Of a stretch of 27,392 bases of DNA, positions 1 to 9,013 are shown piece after piece. Both the position numbers and the translations under genes were made by a program. How positions within the stretch are numbered: the first letter of the stretch is position 1; every line of letters begins with the position of its first letter. The stretch spans positions 1-27,392 of IMG/VR virus record IMGVR_UViG_3300001352_000062; one strand, 5' to 3'. The notes below the pieces were generated by a model. The model worked only from the letters and a program-made list of their open reading frames with translations. It did no database searches and had not been told where the DNA came from. The DNA comes from a virus. Taxonomy: Duplodnaviria > Caudoviricetes.

Positions 1-957
1 GCTCGTACAGACGCTGAAGAAGAAGGCTACAAGGACGGTATGAAGGACGAAAAAGAGGACTTGAAAGAGGACGAACGTACGGATGCTGAAGAAGAAGGCT
101 ACTTAGACGGAGAAAAAGACGAGAAAGAGGACGAAGAAGACAAAGACGAAGATGAAGAAATTGATCTTGAAGATATGTCAGAAGACGACCTTAAAGGATT
201 TATCGAAGACGTTATTAAAGACATGGTCGCAGGTGGAGAAATTGAGCCAGGCGATGAATTTGCAGAAGATGAAGTTGATGTTGAAGTTGAAGACGTTGAA
301 AACGTTGAAGATGTAGATGTTGATATTGAACTAGACGAAGGCTACAGTAACAAAGACGGAGATAAAGATGATTCCCCAACTGAGAAAAAATCTCAGAAAG
401 GAAGATTTGCTAAAAACGGAGATGTTTCTGAAAACTTAGACGAAATGGGTGATGCTACAGTAGCAGCAGCCGCTAGTGGTCTAGATAACATTATTGATAA
501 TTTACGAAAATTATCTAAAGCTTCAGGACCAGCTGCTAAGAAAGCCTATGCCGCTTTACAGGCATTAGGTGCAGGAGCAGGAGCAGCAATGCGTAACGAA
601 GAAGAAGAATTAGATGAAATTGATGCCCTTAAAGCTGAATTACAAGAAGTTAATCTTTTAAACGCTAAACTACTTTACACTAACAAAATTTTCAAAGCAA
701 AAAACTTAACTGAAAGTAAAAAAGTTAAGGTATTAAAAGCATTTGACAAAGCAGAGGATGTAAGACAAGCAAAAACTATTTATGATACACTAGCAGAAGG
801 ATTAGTTAATAAACCAAACAACACTGTAGTAAGTGAATCAGTAAAAAGAGGTTTTTCTTCGAAAGCTACAGGTTTATCACCTAAAGCAACAAAACAACCT
901 ATTATTGAATCAAATGAGGTTTTTGACCGTATGCGTAAGCTAGCGGGATTAATCTAA
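1..957 (+). CDS. Prohead core/scaffolding protein (gp22-like), 5'-truncated
   Basis: The frame is open from base 1 (ARTDAEEEGYKDGM...), so ATG 40 is internal. Very acidic low-complexity body, coiled-coil C-terminus (EIDALKAELQEVNLLNAKLLY) ending MRKLAGLI, directly upstream of the major capsid gene. Confidence 0.75.
   Translation, partial: ARTDAEEEGYKDGMKDEKEDLKEDERTDAEEEGYLDGEKDEKEDEEDKDEDEEIDLEDMSEDDLKGFIEDVIKDMVAGGEIEPGDEFAEDEVDVEVEDVENVEDVDVDIELDEGYSNKDGDKDDSPTEKKSQKGRFAKNGDVSENLDEMGDATVAAAASGLDNIIDNLRKLSKASGPAAKKAYAALQALGAGAGAAMRNEEEELDEIDALKAELQEVNLLNAKLLYTNKIFKAKNLTESKKVKVLKAFDKAEDVRQAKTIYDTLAEGLVNKPNNTVVSESVKRGFSSKATGLSPKATKQPIIESNEVFDRMRKLAGLI
4..132 (+). repeat. Two-copy 57-bp coding repeat (72-bp period) in the scaffold gene
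   Basis: 4-60 encodes RTDAEEEGYKDGMKDEKED and 76-132 encodes RTDAEEEGYLDGEKDEKED. Confidence 0.85.
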
Positions 958-988
958 AAACAATTATTAAAATTTAAAATTAAAAAAT

Positions 989-2665
989 ATGAGCTTAAAT
1001 TCATTATTAGAAAGCGCAAACCCATACCAGTCTTTACAGTCTGATGCGGCTAGATTATCTAGCAAATGGGAAAAAACAGGTCTTTTAGAAGGTCTAGGTG
1101 GTACCCACAAAAACAACATGGGTATGATCCTTGAAAATCAAGCAAAACAACTTGTAGTTGAAAACTCTAGCACCGGTGGTGGTGGAGGTACATTTGCTTC
1201 ACAAACTGGAGTTAACAACGGTTCTCAATGGGCTGGAGTTGCTTTACCATTGGTAAGAAAAGTATTTGGTCAGATTGCAGCGAAAGAATTCGTTAGTGTT
1301 CAACCAATGAACTTACCTTCAGGTCTAGTATTTTTCCTAGATTTCCAATACGGAAGTGATAAAACACCTTTCGAAGCAGGAAAATCTTTATACGGAGAGA
1401 CGTCAGCAAAAAATAAACCTTTTGGAAATGATACTGAAGGTGGATTATACGGAGCAGGTCGTTTCGGATACTCTATTAACAACACTTCTTCTATTGTATT
1501 AGAATCAGCATACACAGCATTTGATACAGCAACTTGGTCAGATATGGATTTCGATTCTACTTACGAAGTAGCTGCTAAAGCTGATGAGTTTTATGCAATT
1601 GCAATTCCTACAGCATCTTTAGAATACATAGACAAAGAAGGTGTAGCTGCATTCCAACTATTTTCAGGATCTTTTACATATGCAGAAAAATCAGGTTCAG
1701 GAGCTGGAGATCAATTATCAGCATTTACTAAGTATGAAGGTGGTGCAAATGTTACTTTTGTAGTAACTAAATCAGCATTCGCAGATAACCCAGCACAAAC
1801 AGGATCAGTTACTGTAGTTTACCAACTACAACCACAAGATAATGCAAGAGGTGATTTTGAAGACGGAAATTCAATTCCTAATTCTTTAAACAGCCCAGCT
1901 ATTAATATTCCAGAAATCAATGTACAGATGAAATCATCTGCGATCATTGCTAAAACTAGAAAATTGAAAGCAGTATGGACACCAGAATTTGCACAAGATT
2001 TAAATGCATACCACGCATTGGATGCAGAAGCTGAATTAACTTCTATCTTAAGTGAGTATATTTCATTAGAAATTGACTTAGAGATCTTAGGAATGTTGTT
2101 AGAAAACGCAGCAGCTGGAAACGAAGTATGGTCTGCAGTTAACAACAGATCTATTGTAGATAATGGTGCTGACGGTACTGTTACAGACTTAGCATTTTAC
2201 AATTCTCAAGGACAATGGTTCCAAACATTAGGAACTAAAATCCAAAAGTTAAGTAACATTATTCACCAGAAAACATTAAGAGGTGGTGCAAACTTCCTAG
2301 TATGTTCTCCATCAGTAGGAACTATCCTAGAATCAATTCCAGGATTTGCAGCTGATACAGATGGTGATGCTTCTAAAGCATCTTACGCATTTGGTGTACA
2401 GAAAGTAGGTCAATTAAACGGACGTTACAAAGTTTATAAGAACCCATATATGACAACTAACAAAGTCCTTTTAGGATTTAGAGGTTCTCAGTTCTTAGAA
2501 ACTGGTGCAGTATTTGCTCCATACATTCCATTAATTATGACTCCATTAGTATACGATCCAAATACCTTCACACCACGTAAAGGTCTATTGACTCGTTATG
2601 CTAAGAAAATGGTACGTCCAGAATTTTATGGTACTATCGATATCAATGGTTTAAACACTCTATAA
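989..2665 (+). CDS. gp23: Major capsid protein, T4 gp23-like
   Basis: gp23-family motifs: ILENQ, LVRKVF..IA..FVSVQPMNLPSGLVF, AKTRKLKAVWTPEFAQDLNAYHALDAEAELTSILSEYISLEID, RGGANFLVCSP, FAPYIPL, DPNTFTPRKGLLTRYA. Confidence 0.95.
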   Translation: MSLNSLLESANPYQSLQSDAARLSSKWEKTGLLEGLGGTHKNNMGMILENQAKQLVVENSSTGGGGGTFASQTGVNNGSQWAGVALPLVRKVFGQIAAKEFVSVQPMNLPSGLVFFLDFQYGSDKTPFEAGKSLYGETSAKNKPFGNDTEGGLYGAGRFGYSINNTSSIVLESAYTAFDTATWSDMDFDSTYEVAAKADEFYAIAIPTASLEYIDKEGVAAFQLFSGSFTYAEKSGSGAGDQLSAFTKYEGGANVTFVVTKSAFADNPAQTGSVTVVYQLQPQDNARGDFEDGNSIPNSLNSPAINIPEINVQMKSSAIIAKTRKLKAVWTPEFAQDLNAYHALDAEAELTSILSEYISLEIDLEILGMLLENAAAGNEVWSAVNNRSIVDNGADGTVTDLAFYNSQGQWFQTLGTKIQKLSNIIHQKTLRGGANFLVCSPSVGTILESIPGFAADTDGDASKASYAFGVQKVGQLNGRYKVYKNPYMTTNKVLLGFRGSQFLETGAVFAPYIPLIMTPLVYDPNTFTPRKGLLTRYAKKMVRPEFYGTIDINGLNTL

Positions 2666-2695
2666 TTAGAAGTTTAAATTAGATTTCAATAAATT

Positions 2696-2720
2696 AACCC
2701 GGCTTAGGCCGGGTTTTTTT
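2696..2720 (+). terminator. Rho-independent terminator after the capsid gene
   Basis: Stem AACCCGGC, loop TTAG, stem GCCGGGTT, then a T-run. Confidence 0.9.
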
Positions 2721-2732
2721 ATGTTTTTTAAC

Positions 2733-2749
2733 GTGTATACTGTATACAC
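2733..2749. repeat. Perfect 17-bp palindrome, operator-like
   Basis: GTGTATAC-T-GTATACAC in the intergenic region. Confidence 0.6.
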
Positions 2750-2896
2750 AATAGCCCTAGGTATAACCCCAAACTTTTAAAATTTATAGTAAGTATATAA
2801 CGACTAATTTCAAAGTAAAACTAATTAAAAAAATACATAAATCTATTAGGAATACTCAATAAGTTTTACTATATTTATATTTATATGGGTATGCTT

Positions 2897-2906
2897 AATA
2901 TTTATA
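2897..2906 (+). promoter_or_regulatory. Putative late promoter AATATTTATA
   Basis: Motif recurs upstream of structural genes. Extra TATTTATA cores lie at 2872-2879 and 2878-2885. Confidence 0.6.
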
Positions 2907-2959
2907 ACTAGTATTACCTTTTACTAAAATAAATTTATAATAAAAAATAATAAACAAAC

Positions 2960-3145
2960 ATGCCTAACTGGAAAAAAATTATAGTATCGGGTAGTAATGC
3001 TGAATTAAATATAGTACAAGCCAATGAATTCTCAGGTTCATTTTCAGGTTCCTTTCAAGGGGATGGCTCACAACTTACAGGTGTAAGTGGTGGTAGCGGT
3101 GTTTCAAACGAATTAGCAATAGCATACGCAATAGCATTAGGGTAA
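2960..3145 (+). CDS. Small fibre-like virion protein (61 aa)
   Basis: MPNWKKIIVSGS N-terminus, GSFSGSFQGDGSQLTG segment resembling phage fibre shaft repeats, hydrophobic C-terminus AIAYAIALG. A-rich leader and upstream promoter motif. Confidence 0.65.
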   Translation: MPNWKKIIVSGSNAELNIVQANEFSGSFSGSFQGDGSQLTGVSGGSGVSNELAIAYAIALG

Positions 3146-3167
3146 TAAAAATTTTAAAAAAAATTAT

Positions 3168-6100
3168 ATGTCAAAAAGATTAATTAAATCCTTCATATTT
3201 GATGCGGCAGCTGGAACTGTTTCATTTAGAGGTAAATTTCAATTAAAATCAGTTCTTTTAATTACAAACGTTACAAGCAATGTAATTATATATAACTTCT
3301 CAGATCCTACTAAGGGGGGTACTACATCATTTACCTCTCCTAGAACTACAATCACATTAGACTACGACACATCAGCTATGTCGGATAGTGATGATCTTCA
3401 AATCTTCTTAGATATTGAAGACACTACTATCACACCTGTTCAACCTATGCAAGATGCAGTTGAGAGAATGAGAGTTTCAAATCCCCAAGCACTAATTGAT
3501 ACGGATTTCGAATATTCTCTACAACCAACAAAATGGGAAACTTTACAAACACAAAATAATATACCTAGTGTATACCAAAAATCAAATGAACCTGCATTTA
3601 CAGCCGATCAAATTGTTTCTATAACAACAGCTTCATTAGAAAGTACACCTACAGTAGGAGGAATCACATACGATACTAGTTTTGAAAGTTTATTTTTTAA
3701 CACTGGAGATGTTGCTACAGGACGAGGTAATGATGGTGTAAGTACTGTTACTTTAGGAGTAAATAGAGGACAAAGCGAAATTACCGTTGTAGGATCAGGT
3801 TCAGCAGGTACCGGAACAACTGCACTTGTTCTACCTAGTGGATTAGCACAAAACGATGTTATATTCTACTATGGTGCTGCCGATGGTGGTGTACCTAATA
3901 TCCCAACAGGTTTTACAGACATAACATCCATAAACAACCAAGTTGATACTCGTCTAGCCTATTTAGTAATACCAGCAACTATCCCAACTCAAATTACAGG
4001 ACTTAGTAACAGTGGTGATGAAGTTCACGGTTGTGTTATTTTAAGAAATGTAGATACAGCTGATGTAGTAAATATATTTGCAGTACAATCAGGAAATAAC
4101 CAATACGCAAACCCACCAGCAATTACTACAGACGAAGCAGGGTGTGCTATTTTAACTTTCGTTGGTATTGATGATGATGAATTTGCTGACGAAATGGTAG
4201 CATCAGTTAACTTCGATTTATTGATGAGCGCTAACTCAGGAGCAGGAAATCGCTCATCCATGAATATTGCAATGTATCAACAACCTACAGCAGGGACAAT
4301 AAATCCAGGTGTGCAGGGGTACCTTGATCCTACCTATGTTTCATCAAACATTACAATACCATTTAGTGTTACAGTATTAGGTACAACCTTTACTAATGTA
4401 AACTTTAACCAAGCAGGGGTAATGTTCTTTAACACAGCTGCAGGTACTAATAGTACTGTAAACTTAACTCAACCTAATTATGTTAATTCCCCTCACTTAA
4501 AGATTTTTGCCCAAGCTGCTAACGCTACTAAAATTGGGGTTATAACAACAGGAACATCTCCAAGTAGAAAACGTATTATAAAGTATGAAATCACAACAGA
4601 TACAGCAGGCGCTTTTGATTACTCTAATGTAGTTTACATAGTATTTACAGAAGGTTCAAATGATATTGAGCTACACTATTACAAGAATGCTAATACCGGG
4701 ACAGCTCAACTAAGTGACGGAACCGACCAAATAAACACCTGGGTACCTACTGCTAACTCAACACCAGGTACATTTAATACTGGGTATATTACTAGAGATG
4801 CTTTTTCATTTAATCTTGAAACCGCTGTAAGACAGCTTATTAGGGTAGAGGTAGATGTAGCACCTATAATACCATTTGCAGTAGGGGATCCTATTACAAT
4901 AAAAGAAACTTTAGATCCTATCTATCTTGATACTTCAAGTATTATAGTTCAAGTAGGAGGTGGAGGTACTATATTTTATATACCTAACATCTCCCCAGTT
5001 AATTATGTAGGGGATCAATCAACAGATTTTACAATTATATACACCGGAGGTTTTTACTACACAGCAGAAATCCCTTATACTAGAGTACAGTCTATCACAG
5101 GTACAAGACAAATTAGAATAACCTTTAGTACCCCTCCATCCTTATTTATAGGATCTACTATATTTGTTGTAGATTCATTATCAAGTGATGTCGATTGGAT
5201 TGGTGCTTTTGTTATTAATAAAGTGTTAAGTTCAACAGAATATGAATACCTCGCACTAAGGGATACTAATTACACTTCAACCACAACCCTTTCAGGAGAT
5301 GCAACTAAAATTTACACAAGTAACCAAGGTGCTGCCCAACATAGATATTTTGACGGGGGTGTGCAGATTTCACCTGAAACTACAGCTCCTAATGCTAATA
5401 TAATTCGTCAAACTAGATCATACTTTAGATACCAATCAGGTAAAAGTATCCAATTTAGTACTGGTGTGTTATTTAAACCTACATATGATATTGCTACTGT
5501 AAGTGTTAATACTAACGGGTATGACCCAACAGCTTTAGAACTTGCAGATACAGGTTCATATACTTTAACAATTGAAACCGAACAAGTAAATGGTTTTGGA
5601 TTACCTGGAGATTATCGTGAAGGAGCTCAAATTGAATTAACTGGTTTTGAGGTAACTACAGGTGCTAATTACAACACTACTGCCTCTGTTATACAAGTAA
5701 ATTCTCCTAAAACTTTCCAAATAGAAATACCAGTAACTGGATCTGCCCCTATTATAGACTTAACTCCCGGAGGGATTAAGCAGGTAGTAGTAAAAAAGTG
5801 GAATGATGCTACTGTTAGAACAGGAATGTTTGATGATCAAAATGGACTATTCTTAGAACATGATGGTCAAGATTTATATGCTGTAAGGAGAAACTCAACT
5901 CAACAACTACAAGGTCTTAATTCTATAGCAGATAATTCTACTACTCTAACTGGAACTAACACTAACTTTAAATCACAACTTTCAGCTGGTGATTATATTG
6001 TAATTAAAGGAACTACATATTTAGTAACAGATATTGCAAGTGACACTTCCTTAACCATAGCACCTGATTATAAAGGTCCTGCTGTTACTAACACAAAAAT

Positions 6101-7226
6101 TGTTAGAGTAACAGATCTTAGTACAGCAAGTCAAGATTTTAGTATTGACCCTTTAGATGGTACTGGTCCTAGTGGTTATGTGTTTGACCCTAACAAAATG
6201 CAGATGGTATTTATCGATTACTCTTGGTACGGTGCCGGTAAGATTCGTTATGGTATGAGAGGGTTAGATGGTGAAATTTTCTACTTCCATGACTATGTAA
6301 ATAATAACAATAATACGGAAGCTTATATGAGATCAGGTAACTTACCAGGTCGATTTGAAATTTCAACTAAAGGTATAAACGGAAAAATTCAAGATGTTTT
6401 AACTTCTAGTGACCCTAAAGTATTAATACCAACTTTTAATGCAGATATGATGCCAACTTCAGGTTCAATTGTAATTAAAGATGAATATATAGAATATTCA
6501 AAAGGTACAATAACAGGATCTAATACTTTTTTAAATTTAGATAATAGAAATGTTGGATTTTTAACAACAATCCCAGCATCATCTCCAGCATTAACATCTT
6601 TCCAGACTGTTAATCAAAACTTAGCACCTGTATTAAGTCATTGGGGTGTATCTGTTATAATGGATGGTAATTTTAATGAAGATAAATCATACCTTTTTGC
6701 TGCCCAAAATAACACAACAAAATCTATACCAGCAGGAGAAATACTTCCCCTACTTACTATTAGATTAGCACCAAGTGTTGATTATGGTATTCCATCTTTC
6801 TTTGGAGTAAGGAATTTAATTAACCGTTCTTCTATTATTTTAAGAGAATTACAAATTGTAACCGATGGATATGTTACTTTAGAATGTAGAATCAATGGTA
6901 ATAATGTAATTTACAATGTTGATGCTAATTGGTTAGAAGTAGGTAATGGTAGTATTTCCCAATATGTTGATCATGAACTTGATACTGGGAATAACCCAAC
7001 AAATGATGGTGATTTAGTCGCTTCTTTCTTAACAGATGAAGGTATTAACAGATTATCAGCAACTGCCTTTGATATTTCTGAAGTAAGAAACTTAGGTAAT
7101 AGTGTATTAGGAGGACCAAATACCTTCCCTGACGGACCAGATGTACTTGTCGTTTCAGTAAAAAACTTAGGAGTTACACCATGTAACGCAGCTTGTTCTA
7201 TATCATGGATTGAATCTCAAGGTTAA
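3168..7226 (+). CDS. Large beta-rich virion structural protein (1352 aa; possible fibre, decoration or receptor-binding protein)
   Basis: Long T/S/G-rich ORF. Segments LLITNVTSNVIIYNFSDP, RVSNPQALIDTDFEY, RQTRSYFRYQSGK, IDYSWYGAGKIRYG and AYMRSGNLP resemble large structural proteins of T4-like myoviruses (recognition only). Confidence 0.7.
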   Translation: MSKRLIKSFIFDAAAGTVSFRGKFQLKSVLLITNVTSNVIIYNFSDPTKGGTTSFTSPRTTITLDYDTSAMSDSDDLQIFLDIEDTTITPVQPMQDAVERMRVSNPQALIDTDFEYSLQPTKWETLQTQNNIPSVYQKSNEPAFTADQIVSITTASLESTPTVGGITYDTSFESLFFNTGDVATGRGNDGVSTVTLGVNRGQSEITVVGSGSAGTGTTALVLPSGLAQNDVIFYYGAADGGVPNIPTGFTDITSINNQVDTRLAYLVIPATIPTQITGLSNSGDEVHGCVILRNVDTADVVNIFAVQSGNNQYANPPAITTDEAGCAILTFVGIDDDEFADEMVASVNFDLLMSANSGAGNRSSMNIAMYQQPTAGTINPGVQGYLDPTYVSSNITIPFSVTVLGTTFTNVNFNQAGVMFFNTAAGTNSTVNLTQPNYVNSPHLKIFAQAANATKIGVITTGTSPSRKRIIKYEITTDTAGAFDYSNVVYIVFTEGSNDIELHYYKNANTGTAQLSDGTDQINTWVPTANSTPGTFNTGYITRDAFSFNLETAVRQLIRVEVDVAPIIPFAVGDPITIKETLDPIYLDTSSIIVQVGGGGTIFYIPNISPVNYVGDQSTDFTIIYTGGFYYTAEIPYTRVQSITGTRQIRITFSTPPSLFIGSTIFVVDSLSSDVDWIGAFVINKVLSSTEYEYLALRDTNYTSTTTLSGDATKIYTSNQGAAQHRYFDGGVQISPETTAPNANIIRQTRSYFRYQSGKSIQFSTGVLFKPTYDIATVSVNTNGYDPTALELADTGSYTLTIETEQVNGFGLPGDYREGAQIELTGFEVTTGANYNTTASVIQVNSPKTFQIEIPVTGSAPIIDLTPGGIKQVVVKKWNDATVRTGMFDDQNGLFLEHDGQDLYAVRRNSTQQLQGLNSIADNSTTLTGTNTNFKSQLSAGDYIVIKGTTYLVTDIASDTSLTIAPDYKGPAVTNTKIVRVTDLSTASQDFSIDPLDGTGPSGYVFDPNKMQMVFIDYSWYGAGKIRYGMRGLDGEIFYFHDYVNNNNNTEAYMRSGNLPGRFEISTKGINGKIQDVLTSSDPKVLIPTFNADMMPTSGSIVIKDEYIEYSKGTITGSNTFLNLDNRNVGFLTTIPASSPALTSFQTVNQNLAPVLSHWGVSVIMDGNFNEDKSYLFAAQNNTTKSIPAGEILPLLTIRLAPSVDYGIPSFFGVRNLINRSSIILRELQIVTDGYVTLECRINGNNVIYNVDANWLEVGNGSISQYVDHELDTGNNPTNDGDLVASFLTDEGINRLSATAFDISEVRNLGNSVLGGPNTFPDGPDVLVVSVKNLGVTPCNAACSISWIESQG

Positions 7227-7237
7227 GATATAAATTT

Positions 7238-7270
7238 ACTAATCCCTTATTTATAATAATAAGGGATAGT
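7238..7270. terminator. Hairpin after the 1352-aa gene (possible terminator or processing site)
   Basis: ATCCCTTATT (7242-7251), loop TATAAT, AATAAGGGAT (7258-7267). No clear U-tract. Confidence 0.5.
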
Positions 7271-7272
7271 TC

Positions 7273-7282
7273 AATATTTATA
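7273..7282 (+). promoter_or_regulatory. Putative late promoter AATATTTATA
   Basis: Exact motif 17 nt before ATG 7300. Confidence 0.7.
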
Positions 7283-7299
7283 ATTAAAATATAAAATAT

Positions 7300-8478
7300 A
7301 TGAACATTCCAATATATGATGGTTGTCCTATATGGAACCCAGATGCAGTTCCTTTTGGGTTTTATAACAATCAGGAAGACTTTAAAGCCGACTCAGTTAA
7401 AGTAGCAAAATTTGTTGCTTCAAGGTTAGGTTATCCTATAGTGGATGTTGAACTCCAATCAGGGTCAATATTTACTGCTTTTGAAGAGGCCGTTACCACA
7501 TATGGTAATGAATTATATGCATATAAAATAAGAGATAACCAATTATCTTTAGAAGGTTTACCAACAGGGTCTTCATTAAACCAAGCTTTATTATCACCTA
7601 CATTTGAACCTATAGTTAGGTTAACAGAAATGTATGGATCAGAAGCAGGTTCGGGAGGTAATGTTCCTTATTATTCTGGTTCATTTGATTTAACATCAAG
7701 TATTCAAGATTATTCTTTTTCTACATTTATGACAGCTAGTGGATTTACTGGTTCTGAATATCAAAATGGTTTAGAAATAAAAAGAGTATTTTATGAACAA
7801 AGAGTACCTGCATCCGCTCAATATCTTGACCCTTATTCAGGGTGGGGTTTTGGAGGTTCACCTGCAGCCGGTATAGCTGGTTTAGGAGGATTTGGTGGTG
7901 GTACTGGGTATTTAACTATGCCCTTAAGTTATGATATGCAGGTAATTCAAGCTATAGAAATGAACCAACAGGTTAGATGGAATCAATATAGTTTTGAAAT
8001 TAGGAATGATAAATTAAGATTATTCCCTATCCCTAACTTTAGTAATTATTCCCTTGAAACAACTAACAAAGTATGGTTTGAATATATTTTAAGAGATGAA
8101 AGAATAGCCACTTCAGTACAACAAATGCCTGGTAATGTATCAAATGTTTCAAATGCCCCATTTGATAACCCTAATTATGATTTTATAAATTCAGTTGGTA
8201 GACAATGGATATTTGAATATACATTAGCCTTATCTAAAGAAATGTTAGGATATGTAAGAGGTAAATACGGAACAATTCCAATTCCTAATGCAGACGTTAC
8301 ATTAAACCAATCAGATTTAATTGCAGCAGCAACATCAGAAAAAACAGCATTAATAGAAAGATTAAGAGCATACTTTGATGAAACTTCAAGAATGGCTTCA
8401 TTAGAAAGAAGAGCAAAAGAAGGAGATTCTAAAATGTTGGAACTACAGAAAGTTCCATACACAATTTATATAGCATAA
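7300..8478 (+). CDS. Neck/head-tail adaptor protein (gp13-like)
   Basis: RLGYPIVDVEL N-terminal motif and WIFEYTLALSKEMLGYVRGKY..IPIP...VTLN C-terminal motif, typical of gp13-like neck proteins. Synteny between head and tail genes. Confidence 0.8.
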   Translation: MNIPIYDGCPIWNPDAVPFGFYNNQEDFKADSVKVAKFVASRLGYPIVDVELQSGSIFTAFEEAVTTYGNELYAYKIRDNQLSLEGLPTGSSLNQALLSPTFEPIVRLTEMYGSEAGSGGNVPYYSGSFDLTSSIQDYSFSTFMTASGFTGSEYQNGLEIKRVFYEQRVPASAQYLDPYSGWGFGGSPAAGIAGLGGFGGGTGYLTMPLSYDMQVIQAIEMNQQVRWNQYSFEIRNDKLRLFPIPNFSNYSLETTNKVWFEYILRDERIATSVQQMPGNVSNVSNAPFDNPNYDFINSVGRQWIFEYTLALSKEMLGYVRGKYGTIPIPNADVTLNQSDLIAAATSEKTALIERLRAYFDETSRMASLERRAKEGDSKMLELQKVPYTIYIA

Positions 8479-8479
8479 T

Positions 8480-9013
8480 ATGGCAATGTATACAACAGCA
8501 CGCGATGTTTCTTTATTAAGACACCTTAATAGAGAATTAATGGGTAATATTATTACCCAACAATGTGCTATATACCAATTTAAATTAGAAGAAACTAAAG
8601 TAAACTTATATGGTGAGGCGGCTGAAGAAAAATATTATGATGGTCCCTTCCTATTTAATGTTTTAATAAATAGAACAGACCAGAACTTCCCAGGTGGTAA
8701 TTTTGAACTTATTACCCAAGAACAAACTATAGATTTTTTCTTCCTAAGGGATGATTTAATTAAAGCTAATATTGTACCTGAGGTTGGTGACATAATTTTA
8801 TATCAAGAAAGTTATTTTGGAGTCCAAGGCACAATTGCTAATCAATATTGGGGAGGTAAAAATCCTGCTTATCCTAATAACGACTATGATGGTACTCCAA
8901 ACCCACTAAACCCAGGATTAGATAAATTTGGGGAAAGTGTTTCAATATTAGCCTCTACATATTATATCCCAGCAGATAAAGTTAATATTTCACCTTATAA
9001 AGAAAGATTTTAA
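8480..9013 (+). CDS. Head closure/neck protein (gp14-like)
   Basis: Follows the gp13-like gene. NLYGE and PEVGDII motifs. Confidence 0.65.
   Translation: MAMYTTARDVSLLRHLNRELMGNIITQQCAIYQFKLEETKVNLYGEAAEEKYYDGPFLFNVLINRTDQNFPGGNFELITQEQTIDFFFLRDDLIKANIVPEVGDIILYQESYFGVQGTIANQYWGGKNPAYPNNDYDGTPNPLNPGLDKFGESVSILASTYYIPADKVNISPYKERF

Noticed and set aside
40-42. ATG 40 as the scaffold start
   Set aside because: The frame is open to the window edge and the ATG lies inside the first repeat copy.
2784-2855. Minus-strand 23-codon hydrophobic frame (VFLIDLCIFLISFTLKLVVIYLL*), toxin-peptide-like
   Set aside because: No ATG start and an in-frame TGA directly upstream. T-rich strands yield such peptides by chance.
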